64,000 bases of DNA from Psammoneis japonica (lineage: Eukaryota), in the NCBI GenBank assembly GCA_008632985.1, contig QPGO01000011.1, positions 558,001 to 622,000 of the forward strand, given 5' to 3'. Below, in pieces: positions 11,977 to 25,455 of this stretch. The notes beneath the pieces are model-generated. The model worked only from the letters and a program-made list of their open reading frames with translations. It did not search any database and was not told where the DNA came from. A program made the translations under genes and the position numbers. Position 1 is the stretch's first letter, and every line of letters begins with the position of its first letter.

Positions 11977-14526
11977 CTAAAAATTCTTCTTTCCTCGTCC
12001 AAACAAACGAAAAATCTTCTTCTTTTGCTTTGGCGGAGGCTGTTGGCCCGCCGGTGGTACAACTTTGACTTTCCTTGATTTCTTCCAAACGCTTTCTCTC
12101 CTGCTTTTCGATTTCTTTTCAACGACCGGATCATGCACCTCGTATCCTTCGTCCTCTCCGAGTTTCGGTTTCATGGGTCCAGTGTACCTCACAAAAGTCA
12201 ATTCGACATAACCACCTTTTGGGACCCTTGAAACGAGAGAGCAAACCTTGTCCACTTTGAGTTCAACAGCACTAGTACCATCAATTGCTGCTAACTGGTC
12301 ACCGGCTTCCACTGTGCCACCTATTGGGTTCTGTGCTGCATTACCAGAAGGAAACACCTTGGCAGCCCAACACCCGCCGGGATTTTCTTGAAACAAAATA
12401 CCCATTGGAAGCATCACATTCACAACAGAAAATTGGATCTCAGTTACAATGTCAACCTCCTTGGACTCATCGTATTCATAACCAGAAGCTTCGTGCTTGG
12501 CCTGTGCGGCATACAGTGCCAACTTTGCTAGAACTTCTTCATCTTCCGAACTTGTGGACGGAGCCTTCGTGAGAATTTTTGGATCGTCGTCTATAGGATC
12601 ACCCATTAGAAAGCCTGAAGCCATCTGAAACATGTCATCAAAAGCAGAATTTTGGCTGTCTTCAGTAGCAGTCGTGTCTAGGCTCCTCATTGCCTCGCCT
12701 TTGTCCTTCTCGATGCTTGGAGAAACGGCACGTGGTTTGCTCGACGGCGACACGGCACGAGGCTGGCTCGGTGGCGACATGGCACGAGGCTGGCTCGGTG
12801 GCGACACGGCACGAGGCTGGCTCGGTGGCGACACGGCACGAGGCTGGCTCGGTGGCGACACGGCACGAGGCTGGCTCGGTGGCGACATGGCATGAGGCTG
12901 GCTCACTGGCTGTGGCTTCGGTTTCGTTTTCCTTTCTTTTTTGTCAGATAGATCATCAGATACATCATCACCATCTCCAGTCACACCTAGCGCTGCACCA
13001 ACAGCACTTACGCCTCCCTGCATCATGTTCCACATGGAAGTGAACGGATCTTCATCGGATATATCTGATGACCGAATCGTCATGGTCCTTGTTTCGTAGG
13101 TGCTCTCGTCGTAGGTTCGCGTGTCTGCAAAGGTGCTCTCATCGTAGGTCCGCGTGTCTGCAAAGGTGCTTTCATCATAGGTGTTCAAATCATCATGGGT
13201 GTTTAGGGTAAGGTCTTCTTCGTACGTTTCGAGAGTGGTCGAGTCATCTAACGTGTCGTCGTCATCCTCTTCCGATCGACGTCGGTCACTCGATCGGTCC
13301 CGTGAACGACGTCGTCTATCGTTGTTGGATCGCCGACGTCCCGGGTTGCGAGGTTCACCAATAAAGAAGAAATCTCTCCACATGTCTTCCACTTCGCTCT
13401 CAATACTTTTGCTGTATCCCGAGGTGACAGATGATGCGCCAGTGTAACCAGAGTAATAAGAATTGTCTTCCTCTTCTTGTTCGTAGCGGTGCACTCGGTT
13501 TTGCTTGTTAAACGAAACACCTCGATTTTCGTTTTCGGTAGAAGACGACTTTCTTCTAGTCTTTTCTCGTCTAGTAAAGGCTTGCTTGCTCTGACGCCGT
13601 GGGCTTTCCCTCGAAACACCTTCGTCAATTCCCGAGTCCCATCGGCTCTTGCGCTCTCCACCATTTCTCAATGCTGGCTCCGAGTCACGAGACTTGTTCC
13701 TGTCACGATCGTTACCCTCATGTGACGCAAACGCCGATTCATCCGCATCACTGTCACTGTAGTAATTGTGACGCTTGAGAATGGACCGGGGTTTCGCTTG
13801 CGTTGGCGAAACATCTGTTCTGGAAAGGTCGTCAAATGAGCTAGATCGGAGATATTCGGAGGGCGGCTGAACTCGATTGGAGGCACGTTGGTCGTGCAGA
13901 AAGGAATCATAATGATTTTCTGACTGGTCTGGTGTTGCCCACCCTCCATCTGTGTCTGAATACAATTGATTGGGATACACCACTCCTTGTGTTGCAGTCA
14001 GACTTAGGTTCGTCGCGCTATCGGCAAGTTGAAAACTCTCTTCGTTGGAGTGATCAAGGTTTCCGCTGAGGTTCATCGCTTCTCGATGTCGCACGGCGTC
14101 ATTTAGCGCTATACTGTCATCAAATTCACTATCATAAACCTCATGAGGTCCTAGCAGATTCCGATCGGAGTCACCCAAGTCAGTTTCTTGATAGCTGGGA
14201 AGAGTTGTGTTGTCGTCTGAGGTCAGGGTAGCACCTGTTCCTTCATCAAAAGACGGAGCAGCAAGCTCAGAAACATAAGAGCTCTGCTGATCAAACGGAA
14301 CGTCATCCTCGTGATAAGCCTGATACGGTTTCAACATTCCTGTCTGAGAGTTCAGACTGGGTGTGGCTGAGCTGGCATGACTTAGAAAGGAGGAATCGCC
14401 GTCCATCATCGTTGTTGGTTTCATGATTGAATTTACAGGCTCACTCGAGCCACGAGAAGAGCCAGAAATTTCGGATCCTTCGTATTCATGGGCGCTCCGA
14501 GGTCTCATGGTTCTGCTGTTGTACAT
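11977..14526 (-). CDS. Low-complexity Ser/Asp/Arg-rich protein with a C-terminal PDZ-like domain
   Basis: 849-aa ORF; LPMGILFQENPGGCWAAKVFPSGNAAQ..VEAGDQLAAIDG..VELTFVR fits a PDZ fold. Confidence 0.75.
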   Translation of the reverse strand: MYNSRTMRPRSAHEYEGSEISGSSRGSSEPVNSIMKPTTMMDGDSSFLSHASSATPSLNSQTGMLKPYQAYHEDDVPFDQQSSYVSELAAPSFDEGTGATLTSDDNTTLPSYQETDLGDSDRNLLGPHEVYDSEFDDSIALNDAVRHREAMNLSGNLDHSNEESFQLADSATNLSLTATQGVVYPNQLYSDTDGGWATPDQSENHYDSFLHDQRASNRVQPPSEYLRSSSFDDLSRTDVSPTQAKPRSILKRHNYYSDSDADESAFASHEGNDRDRNKSRDSEPALRNGGERKSRWDSGIDEGVSRESPRRQSKQAFTRREKTRRKSSSTENENRGVSFNKQNRVHRYEQEEEDNSYYSGYTGASSVTSGYSKSIESEVEDMWRDFFFIGEPRNPGRRRSNNDRRRRSRDRSSDRRRSEEDDDDTLDDSTTLETYEEDLTLNTHDDLNTYDESTFADTRTYDESTFADTRTYDESTYETRTMTIRSSDISDEDPFTSMWNMMQGGVSAVGAALGVTGDGDDVSDDLSDKKERKTKPKPQPVSQPHAMSPPSQPRAVSPPSQPRAVSPPSQPRAVSPPSQPRAMSPPSQPRAVSPSSKPRAVSPSIEKDKGEAMRSLDTTATEDSQNSAFDDMFQMASGFLMGDPIDDDPKILTKAPSTSSEDEEVLAKLALYAAQAKHEASGYEYDESKEVDIVTEIQFSVVNVMLPMGILFQENPGGCWAAKVFPSGNAAQNPIGGTVEAGDQLAAIDGTSAVELKVDKVCSLVSRVPKGGYVELTFVRYTGPMKPKLGEDEGYEVHDPVVEKKSKSRRESVWKKSRKVKVVPPAGQQPPPKQKKKIFRLFGRGKKNF
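12718..12910 (-). repeat. Coding tandem repeat, 27-nt unit (SPPSQPRAV), ~7 copies
   Basis: ggcacgaggctggctcggtggcgacac repeated; a 33-nt unit (TYDESTFADTR) also repeats at ~13095-13185. Confidence 0.95.
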
Positions 14527-15368
14527 GACAAAAAACTGCTTCGAAGTAGGTTATTCGTTTAACGGTACCACGCTTTTCAACGGAAACAAAGCAGCGCGAT
14601 GACGACAAACTGAGAAGCATGCAAACTCGAACAAGATCGTTTCAGAGCTGTGGTGGAAGCGTAACGACGAAAAAAAAACCTCGAGTAGTGAATGCATCAA
14701 ACAGGCAGAAGGTAGTCTAGGAGAAGCGTAAGGTAACTTTATTGACCAATCAATCTTCCGTTGCTCTCACAACCGATATGGGTGAGGTGTGAGACTTTCC
14801 TCTTCTTCAACACGACTGTCGATGCGCAACGCCGCCTCCTCGGCGGGCGGCGCCACGAAATTTGTCCTGGCGGACTTGCTTCCAATGAGGTGTCGGGCGC
14901 ACAAGCGAATGCTCTTAAAAGGCGATACTCCAGATTGATAGTACTCCATTTATTAATAAGTATAAAATTCAAATCCTTCATAATTGAACCGTTGAAAACC
15001 AAATGACTATCACAATATCAGATTTAAGTCGCAAAAATATTCTTCTAAATATTATGTATGTGCTTCCCGCCAAAAGATCATTGAATTTTATTCATACACT
15101 TGTTTCTGACGTGGACAGACGCGTGGATCAAAATTTCAAATTGATACATGAACAGGACAAGGAAGGATCAATGGTGAAAGATGATTCCTCATATAGCATT
15201 GATTATGTGAAAACATTACTTACGGGTAGTAGTATGAGTTGCGCTTAGAATGGGGGTCGACTGCGTCCCTGCAAGAAGCGTTGCAAGTAGACCGTCTTCG
15301 CTGGGAAAAGAGAGAGAAAGTACAATGCTACGGTAGTAATCTCTCAAGTCCAAAAAGTGACTTTAAAA

Positions 15369-16706
15369 TTAAGCTTTGTCTTCTTTTGACTTGTTTCGAT
15401 CCGCCAAACCTCTCCAGATAACCGTGAATACTACGGACTGTAAAGCGTTGGCACCTATTCTTGTTCTCAACCCTCTCCCAAATAAGCCTTTCCATCCGCC
15501 CGCCGCGAGAATCACGCTAACCGTTTCTCCATAGCTAACCGTATTCTTGGACCCCAGACTTTGTTTGGTGGTCTTAACCACACGTATAGCATTCACGACA
15601 ACATCACTTACAATACTGGCAACGAATCCAATGGATGCGTTCCGTATCAACGTGGAAGAAATGAGATTTGTGACCCAAGCGCTCGACGCCAAGAGGTTGT
15701 AAGTGTAGAACCTGTACGGGTCACGCAGCATGGTGAGTTGATACGCAAAGAGGGAATATGCAAGATGCCAAACACACTTACCAAGGATAATGCGAAACAA
15801 ATGCAGCCATGGCAGTAGCGATAGAACCTGGAATCAAAAATAGCATAATGAGCAGAGTTTAGCACTACTATTCCGCATTTCTCGAGTCTGTCATGACTCC
15901 TTACCTTGATAAAGAACACCAATATGACCCGAACGAACTTTTCGCATCAGACTACGAAAGCCCTCTGCAGAATTGACTTGCAACACTGTCTTGCATGTAT
16001 CGATTGGCATGAGCAGAATTCGGGCAAAACCAACAACAAAGCTAGCCACCAACGTGGTTCGTTCCGGGCCCCACGACTTGGTGGCTTCCATGGATGCCAT
16101 GAGCAGATTGATACCATCATTGGCAGCAGTGGATACAAATCTGGATATCGGAGCTTGAATCAACGCAAAGAACAGGCCCTGATAAAACCGTCTCAGTCCC
16201 CCGTCGTTTTTCAATGAGACAAAGGCTTGCGCAAAGGTCACGCCGTAACGGATCTGATAATTTATGATAGTTCGAAGCCACATGAGCCCAAGAACTTGCA
16301 CGATACCCGCAAAAGCACCGGGCAGTCCACCACCCAATCCGCGTTTCGCCGCCTTTACAAGAATTTGTTGCGTTGTGGCTGATGTGGTGGTGTTTTTCGT
16401 GGCGTTGGCTGAAGTCGATTCGATGGGGCGAACTTTGACAGCACCAAGTCTACCCGATTTCGTTGTTTTCGTATCCTCATCCTGTTCGACTGCGCTGCTA
16501 GTTGCGGCAGTCATGGCGCATGCCATTCCGACAATTTGGTGTGAACCGGGAGCAGCACTCGAGAGTTGCCCACAAGAAGAATCTCCTTTCTTTGTCCAGC
16601 CTCCAACTGTTGCGAAAACCAGTGTTATCCATACTACCCAGCCACTACTCCTTCGCCTTGTCTGTACTCGTTGATGTCTTCGATGCATCTTTCCTTTGGC
16701 CGCCAT
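15369..16706 (-). CDS. Mitochondrial carrier family (SLC25-like) protein, two introns
   Basis: MWLRTIINYQ and MPIDTCKTVLQV carrier-like motifs, GGWKGLFGRGLRTR; introns ~15904-15828 and ~15781-15712 restore the frame (GSIATAMAAFVSHYPW|FYTYN). Confidence 0.8.
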
Positions 16707-17120
16707 GGTCGCCGCTGTCACAAGTGTATCGGTTGCATGTATGTTGCATGCGTTATGCTCGTTAGACTACGTTGACACGTCAGCCACAGTCTGTCTGGCG
16801 TCTACAAAATGTAGGTATGTCCGTCGGGAGGAGTAGTCGCTCTTGCTACTTACTGATAGAGAGCTCTTTTTCGCTCTAGAGAGTAGAAGGCCCTCAGTAG
16901 GGGATCAGTTCAACCGCTAACTAGAAAAAAAAGCAGGAGGTGTTGTCGCCTCCACAGCCCTGTTACGGAAGCAAGTGTAAAACTAACTTGTCCATCGTTT
17001 TGGCTTCTCCGGTTCTAAATTTTCCATTTTTATTAAAAAACGTTCACAGTCGGTGTTTGTTTGGATGTGTGCTCCGTTGGCTCGCGGTATCCAATCAAGC
17101 GAAGAACCGCTATTTTACGC

Positions 17121-19860
17121 CTACGGAACGCCAGCATTGTCCAATCGACTGTGAGCACCAGCAATAGCACTTGAGAATGCGCTCTTTTCACCTCGTGCTC
17201 TTGCTGCTGGTGGGTTCACAGGAGATGGTGGCGCAGGTTCATCGTTGTGTGTCGTCTGCTTCTGAAGACGTGATATGAGTCGATCGAGTTCAGCGTACGG
17301 TTCTTCTTCGTCGAGAGTGGCTACTAGGTCGTCAACGCTTGGATCGCCTTTCACGAGGGATGCGTACTGCGGGATAATGGCAACGTCGATGAGATGGGAA
17401 ACTATAGCGGGAACAACCGAATGCGGGTCCAGAAGCAGAGTAGAAGCATCGACGGGTGTCAGAATTGCTTCGTTCATGCTGGTCATGAGCGCGACCCGAG
17501 CTTCTATTACTCCCTTGCGGCTGAGCTTGGTTTTTTCGTGTGCTTTTTGTAGCAACAAACTTCTGTTGTTCTCATCAGTTTTGCCTTGCTCTTCGTCAGC
17601 GCTTTCGTTACCATCGGCATTGTTGACGGATCGAATAAGAAAATGCTCTTCCTTGACATCCTGTGCATAAAGTTTGATAGCTCGGACCATGGCGATCAGT
17701 TTCTCCGGAATGTCGTATTCTGATTTGGGAGGATAAACGTAAGTTACGACGACGACAAGTGCAGCCGCCGCCAATGTCCACATTACTCTGTATAATATCG
17801 TCACCCCAACTTTGGCCCCCGTCCCAACCGTTGCCTACGGACAACAAGGAGATGTTTTGAGGGATAAGTAAGTCTGCACACCATCAAGGTTCTATCGTAA
17901 GCAGCGAAAACAGGAGACTTACACAAAATACCCATCCAGTGATGAAAAATGAAAAGCCCACGTAGCTTGGTTGGAGTAGCACACAAACGGCGTACGTGTT
18001 GAGACCAAGCAGAATAATTAGAATCGCAGGATAAGAAAAGAGAGGGTAAAGAGCTGATCCCAGGCCGATGCCCAGCAAAGTCCCAATGGTTCGGTGAGCA
18101 ATCTTGTCTAGCGTCGTGGCGCCCGTCGGACCCATGATGAGTGCGACCGTCATTGGGAACCAGTGGCCTGAGGTTCCTTCAAGATAAATGTCCGGTATTG
18201 ACGCCAGACAAAACGCAATGCCGAAACGAAGTGCATAAATTCTGATTGCACCGCCGGGATCTTCTCGTATCTCAAAAATCCTGGACGGGGGCGACGGGAA
18301 TGCGGCCAACAGCCGCCTGGGTAGGCTCCAAAGCGACGAGTAAGGCGGCCATCCCATCTGCTCGGGCTGAATTTCCTCTTGATCAGCAGTATTGAGCGCC
18401 ATTTTTACAGCCTCCTCAATTGTGTTTACTAGCAAATCGACCAGGGAAGGTAACCAGGCCATATTGATGCATCGGTTCTCATTGACAAAGGTGTTATCCC
18501 CGACGTTCCTACAGCTCTGGCAGCAGCAGCAGTTGCTCAGCTCTATTGAAGTGGCTTTGGCCTTGAGCACTGCCGCGGCTTGTTTGACGGCTCTCGGGGC
18601 CTTTACCTCTAGGTGCTTTCGAACAAATGGGGTGTACCTTACAATCCAAGGAAACTGAAACGCCTCTGCGATTCTCCGGCAGGCATAACCCACTGCGAGG
18701 AACAGTTCATGGATTTCCTTTTCATTGCCTTCATAGTTATCGCCAGACTCCTCTTTATTTCTAGTCATGTCATTATTTTCGTCAGCACTGTCATGATTAT
18801 CATCCTCAGGAATCTTGATATGGACGCAATGTTGTATTTGTTGTTGTCGTCTCCGCAACGCGTTCATTTCATACAGGTGCGAGAGACAAAAGGCTGCGGT
18901 TCTGAGGGCGTCGGCTTTATCCATAATCCTCAGCAGCCACTCTCGAGCGTATGAGTCCTCGGTCTTATCGTGGTATATGGCGTCCTGCGTTCTGACAATG
19001 GAGAGAGTCACTCGAGGCACCGGGTACTTTTCTACATGCTTCAGCGTCCCAAAGTGGGCTGCAAAACGCTTCAGATACATCCCAAAGCCATTGTATACTT
19101 TATAGAGGTCCGTTCTGACGGCATCCCTGGTTCCAACCACCTCTGGCAGCAGTGCAAACGCGAGCGACGACGAGGCCCCGGCAAGCGTCCAACTAATGCT
19201 TGTTGCCAGTCCTCCGTACCCGTTTGTGTTGCGATTTACAGCAATGTTGATGGCAAAGAGAGCTGTACCCAGCTTCATTGACAAAAATAGCGTGGGCTCA
19301 CGGGAAAGAGGGGCAAGACCAGACAGAAAGGCCACGAGAAAGGCAAAAATCAAGTTGACTGCTGGGTGCAAATCCCAAATTAACCCGGGCAAGAGTGTCC
19401 CCATAAGCATCACAGTGATGACAGTCAATCCCATGCTTCTAAATCTACGAGAGGCGTTCCCATTGGGATCTGACAGTCCAACGTAAAGGCAACCGAGTTG
19501 AAAGGCGGTAGTGGTTGGATTTCCGATTCCAAGCAAAGACCACTCGAGAATGAGCAAAATCGCCGTGCGGATTCCGGGGACAAACGCTAATTGCGTGTAA
19601 TCAACTTCCCATAACGATCTCCAAAAGGCACGTACGGTTTTTCTGATGAAGGGTCGAATCAATCTCCTTTTCTTTGGTAACAATTCTGCCGAAGTCCGAG
19701 CAGACGACTCGTGCTGTTCTGCATCTGCTTGGGCTTCCTCTGAGCTTTTGCCCGGTACCTTCACCGAACTTGCATTGCTGGTACTGTTCTCGTCGATTTT
19801 CTTCTCTTCGCACATTGTATTTGTTGTGTTTGTTTCATCGTCTCCTGCTGCGGCGGCCAT
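17121..19860 (-). CDS. FUSC/aromatic-acid-exporter-like multi-pass membrane protein, one intron
   Basis: GHWFPMTVALIMGP..KIAHRTIGTLLGIGLG motif; a GTAAGT...CCGTAG intron (~17922-17835) joins ORFs 17884..19860 and 17121..17804. Confidence 0.8.
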
Positions 19861-20608
19861 TGTCCATCGTTTGGGTTTTTACTGATTGGAGGTTTTTATT
19901 ACAGTAAGTACAGAGTTAAAGAGTTTATGTAGAGCGGAAGGGAACAGCAGAAGGAGGCACGGAAGTACAGTAGCTGTAGTGGCGGCAGAGTAGAACGGGC
20001 GCAAAACGCAGGACGTAGGGCGTTTGGCAGAGGGAGTGGGAGATGAAGGGGCGGGGCGAGCGGGGAGAGAAGTAAAATCGGAGAGCGTGCATGGAGAGCG
20101 AGATGGAGAACAATGCTCTGCGTCGTGTTACCGGTATGGGTTTGAGTTCGTCTTCAAAGCGCGTTTTTGACGCGAGCATGCAAGACGATGGGCGCAGTCT
20201 CACCACAGGCTCAGGTCTCACGATCGCGATGAGCGAGCGATTGGGACGAATGATGAATGATGCCATCACTTTTAAGATTTGTTTCATTCATTTGAGTGCA
20301 AGCGTGATGACAACACTGAACAACATTGCAACACACACTCAATGAAATGCATCGATTGACAACACATTTCATTGATGCTTTGTTGTTGGGCTTGCACATT
20401 GGCTGGCGCACTGCCTGGAGTTGCTTTTGTGCTGTTGCTTCAGAAAACAAACATTGGGGCAGAGAGTGGGGAGCAGGAAGCAAGGGGAGGGGGGGGAGAG
20501 AAGCCAATGGGGGTGTTTCCCCTGGCCCACCCTGTGGACAAATCACCCTTGTTTCGTGCTGGTTTTTCTGCTGTCAAATGGCCTGTGTTTTGGTTGTCTG
20601 CCGACTTG

Positions 20609-20610
<2 letters not shown>

Positions 20611-20643
<33 letters not shown>
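20611..20643. repeat. (CTG)11 microsatellite
   Basis: Directly visible. Confidence 0.95.
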
Positions 20644-20644
<1 letters not shown>

Positions 20645-23524
20645 GCACCAAGGGCCATTCTTCTTGTGGGCCAAGCTGGTTGGAACACAGACAGATGTGG
20701 CAGGTGAGGATGGCCCAGGTCAAAAACACAGGACCCCTGCATTGTCACAACTTGTCGGCAGCCAGCTGAGCTTGTTTCCTTTGTTCTTTTTTTGCACCAG
20801 ATGCATCATGTGGAAATTTGCACAACTTTCTTCTTGTTGTGCACTGGGTGCTTTGCACACAACAAAATGGTTAGAGGGCTTCTGTTGCAGCAGTGGGTGT
20901 GCCTCTGGAACAGATCGTGGCCTCAGAGAAAAAGGCAAGATGTGGGTGGCCAGTGTGCTGAGAAACTTGGGGTGGAGAGAGAGCAACAAGAAGGAGCGCA
21001 GCCAGCACACCAGAGCAGCAGATCACAAAAACACAAACATGAGCTCCATTTGATGCTGAGCTTTGAAGATGACATTTGTGGCATTTCCATTGTGTGCATT
21101 TGGAAACTTTTGTTTTTGCTGCGCCAGCAACCCACACTGCCACCAGATTTTTTTGTTTTCAGTGAGACACAAAAACAAGGCAGAATCTCACAACAAACAA
21201 AAATTTGGGCAAGAGCTGGGTGGCAACACATTTCAATCTCTTTTACAATGATTTTTGTCAGTCAATCTTCATGCTGCTCAACGCAGTTGACAACGTTGTT
21301 TGAGTGCCACATCCACAGAGCAAAAGACAAAATGAAACATGACAGCTTGTGTGCAGAGTCTCCAACAATGCAGATTGCTTGCAAGGCAAACATTGTGCTT
21401 GTTTTGTGCCATCCTTACAAATGCAAGCCACAAAGCATCCAGAGCAACAAAGGCAGTGGCAAATGCAGAGCCAGCGATGTTTGCTCTTTCTTTTTTCTGG
21501 TCTGTGGTGAGGGGCAGCTGCTGTGGCCAATGTTTGCAAGAATTCACACTCCTGTGCCTGCCTGCAATCAAGCACAAGTCAACCACAAGTGCTCTTCATT
21601 CCTAAAAGCAGCAACACCCACATGTTGTTGTCAAGCACGCACCTTCTGTTTTGCAAACATCCTCATTCTCATCACCACAAGGCAACAACAGTTGAGCCAT
21701 CGTGGGCATTGAAAATGTCATGGTCATGGTGGTTTGGTGCATCCTCAGATTCACACAAATTTGTCTCAATTGTGCACAAAGCCAAAAATGTTGAAAACAC
21801 AAAGTGACCTTTTGGCTTTGTTTTGGGAGCCACCTGGCGAGAACCCAGCAGTGGATGCAAGCAAAAATCTAGACACCAGTTGATGATTGAATGGACAGCT
21901 GTTGGCAATGTCACAAGTGTGAGCAAGGTCAACAGCACACATTTGATTTGTTTGAGGTGAGCAGCGCATGCTGCAGTGGCAGCACAGAACAACCTTTGAG
22001 CCAATTTCACTGTCAGTGTGAGATGCAGAGGCTCCATGTGGCAAAATCCATGCTCTTGTTTCACACAGGTTTTCCTGCTTTGAAAGACAATTTCATGTTT
22101 TTTGTGGTGTTGCACCAGCACTGCCACCACCACTTTCTGTGTGGGGCTTGCAGCAGGTCATCTGAACACTCTCCTCTCCTTGCATGTCTCTCCTGTTCTG
22201 AGAGCAATTGGGGGCTTGCAGCCAAATTTTTGGCAAGTGGTTTTTGGACAGACAACTGCTGCTTCTCCTTGCCCTCAAATTGACAATTTTTCAGAGCTGT
22301 GTTGCCAACTTGTGAGCGCTCCTCCTGCTGCTGCTGCTGCTGCTTCTGCACCAAGGGGGCATTTCTGTCAACCAAGCCAGCCACAGTGCACAAGTTGCAG
22401 TGGCTGGCCATGTGGCAGTGCAACAAGCAAGCAAGACAGCCAATGACCGAAACAAACAAGACAACCACCAAATGAGAGCATGACAACCAAGACAGAAGAA
22501 GCACAATTTTTGGCTGCTTGCAGCAGCACGCAAGGAATGTTTTGGGGCACTTGTGATTGAAAAATGTGAGAGCAAGGTTGCTGAGCACTGCATGGGCAAT
22601 GCTGCGCGGCCCGCCCGTGTGTGGCTGGAAACATGATGGAAGACAAAATTTGGAAACATTTGAGTGCTGTCAAATTGTCCGCCAGTGCAGCACCAGTCAC
22701 CTGCTGATGCCATGCATGGGTTGGCACACAAACAGCCAGAAATGGTGCTGGCTCAGGGGCAATGGCTTAAATGCAGTGTTTTTCTACATTGGCGGGACAA
22801 ATTGCCAGCTGGCTGAGCACTTTCAGCTTTCCCTTTGCACTTCATTTTGTGCCAGACATGATGCATGGGGAAATCTGCATGCCATCAACAACTTTCCTGC
22901 ACACACACCCTTGCAAACTACAAGAAATGCAGTGCTGATGTGCTGCCAAAATCAACTGCCACATGAGGTGATTGCTGCACACCAGCACAGCAGCCGCACC
23001 AGCCAAAACATGTGACAACAGATGCAAAGCACAGCAGCAGTGTGTGGAAGGACCCACAAGGGACTTTGTGGCACAGCAGCACATCTGGGACACCAACAAT
23101 CCAGGTGTCGCACTGGCCATCAAGATTTCTTGAAATGAAGCCCGACATTTTCTCCCTTCAATCCAAGATCGTGCTGATTTGACAAGTCAGCTTTTCTGAA
23201 ATGTTCAACAACAAACATCCATGTTCCTCAATTTGACCATTTGCCCCCCCATCCGACAAGCCTCATGTGTGTGTTTAATTCTGTTTTAATTTCTGGATTG
23301 TGTGTTAATCAACTTTCTGGATCAAAATCGCCGCCCACATCCGTCAATCTAGATTCTAATTGTTTTCTCAATTTTCTCTCCCTGCCCATTCCATCCTTCC
23401 TCCCCGTCCATCCGCACATTGCATCTCTGTGTTTCTGCCCTCACCACATCCCCAAGTGATTGTTGCTGCACCCACTGTTTGCTTTCGATTCTCTTCTCAA
23501 CTCCTTTGTCTGTGTACATCGGCC

Positions 23525-24436
23525 ATGTCGTCCGATGGTCTTGTTTGTCCATGGTGCAAACAAACCGGTTTCTTTTCCGAACGTGGCCTCAGCAGGCACA
23601 TCGCAACTGGCTGCCTCCGTTCCGCCGTTTCCACCAAGTCTTTCAGTTGTCCTCATTGTGGACAACATGGATTTGACTCTGAAAACAACGTGCAGTGTCA
23701 CCTGTCTCGGCACTGCACCGCAGCATCTGGTCTCCATCCCCCATTGACACAGTTGCGCCGCACAACCCAATCATCTTCTTCATCCGGCGGAACATCTCTT
23801 TCCTCTCATCCTCTGGATTCTGCCTCCGTCGGCTCCCTTGGATCCAACACCAACAAACCCAAATGTCCCCATTGCCGTGTTCCCTTTTCCAACATCGCCC
23901 TTCATCTACAGAAGTGCTTGCCCTGCCATGAAAAAGAGGAAATGTCCCTTTGCCTGCATGCCGCATCTTCTGCTGCCGCCCATGCACTTCCCCCTCCAGA
24001 CGATGACCATGATGAATCACTGGACGACCATGATGATCCTGCTGGGTTTGGTTTCTCCGATGACGAACCCCCTCCTCCCCTCCCCAAAGTCCTTTGGAAT
24101 CCAGCTCCATCTCCTCCCACACCAACGGACAATTCTTCTCCAGCTTGTCCTCCCTCTGCGGAAGTGGACTGCGCCCACCCTCCGTCAGATGCTCTGGTCG
24201 ATTGCGCTCAGCTGCCAACTTTGCTGCCGCTGGTGCAGCCTCCCAAAATGTCCGCAGATTTGTTTTGTTTGCAGATGATGGTGTGTCCGCCCTTGGAGAG
24301 GACAGTCGTGTGGATGTTCCAAAGTTCATTGGAGCCGACCGTCGCGATGGCAGTTGTGGCCCCCCCTCAATTTCCCATCCGATGGAAGATCCTGTTTCCT
24401 CCCTCGATCAACCAGCCTCCTTCAAAGCCAATCTAA
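23525..24436 (+). pseudogene. Element-borne multi-zinc-finger protein (C2H2/C2HC-like) with acidic/Pro-rich tail, probably truncated
   Basis: CPWCKQTGFFSERGLSRHIATGC, CPHCGQHGFDSENNVQCHLSRHC and CPHCRVPFSNIALHLQKC; no Tyr in the 358-aa ORF. Confidence 0.65.
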
Positions 24437-25102
24437 TGTAGCTTGGGTGTACCGGCCATTTTGCAAATTCACCAAGGTGGTTTGGGTTGTGTGCATTGCT
24501 CTTCCCACTGCTCTCGAACATGAAGATTTTCGCATCAAACATCATCAGCATGATGCCACGGATTGAGTGATCTGTCAAACCACTTTTTTTGAGTGACAAA
24601 CAAACATGACCGCGCTCATTTGCCCAACATGTGGGAGAACAACAGAGCCTAATTTGGTGTCAAGGCTGTTTTCTATGCCAAACGGGGCCAGATGCACCGG
24701 CGGGGGACAACGCCCAGATGGATCATTGGTCAACACTGCAGATTGAGTCGGGTGGAATGCCATCGGGAGAGAAGCACGATGTGTCAGACGGAAAAGAGAT
24801 TCGTTGGTTCCATTTCAGCAATGTGGCCTAACAGGCAAGGGATTTGGCATGATTCTTTGGGGTGGGATCATTTTGAGGTTGTTGTTCTGCAAAGGGAATG
24901 ACAAGGCTGTGGAAGACAAGAAACAGAGTCACCCAAACAATGTCTGTTGCTGCTCAACATGAGTTGATCAGCAACTTGGACAAGATTCAGGAGAATGTGG
25001 TTTGCTGTGGGAGATGCACTTTGTGTCACATGCTGTGCAGGCCAGCACCAAGTGCACAAGTAAAAAAGTGGTGCCAAAGGCATGCACTGCCATGTGTGTG
25101 TG

Positions 25103-25240
25103 TTGACAAAAAACTGATGCCAAATTCTTCTGTGACAAATGTGTTTGACAACAGAAAAGTGATGCCGAATTACTTTGTTAACAAATGGTTCTAATGACAA
25201 AAAAGTGATGCCAAATTACTCTGTCAACAGATGGGTGCAT
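25103..25240. repeat. Three imperfect ~45-bp tandem repeats inside the TIR element
   Basis: tgacaa..aa[c/g]tgatgcc[a/g]aatt..tgt..aca[a/g]atg occurs three times. Confidence 0.8.
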
Positions 25241-25455
25241 CACCAAAAAAGCAACAGTTTGTTTGTGGTGCGGAATGTACGGTGGATGGAAGCTTTTGCT
25301 TTGTGTCTGCCGCTGTGGTGATGTGAAAATATCTCACATCATCACTGACAGAATTGTGAGCAACAAAATTGTTTTCTGTGCTTTTGAGATGGCTAGGATG
25401 ACCGATTTAATGAGATCATTCAGCAAACAGGATCGACGAAGATCACATCACACGT

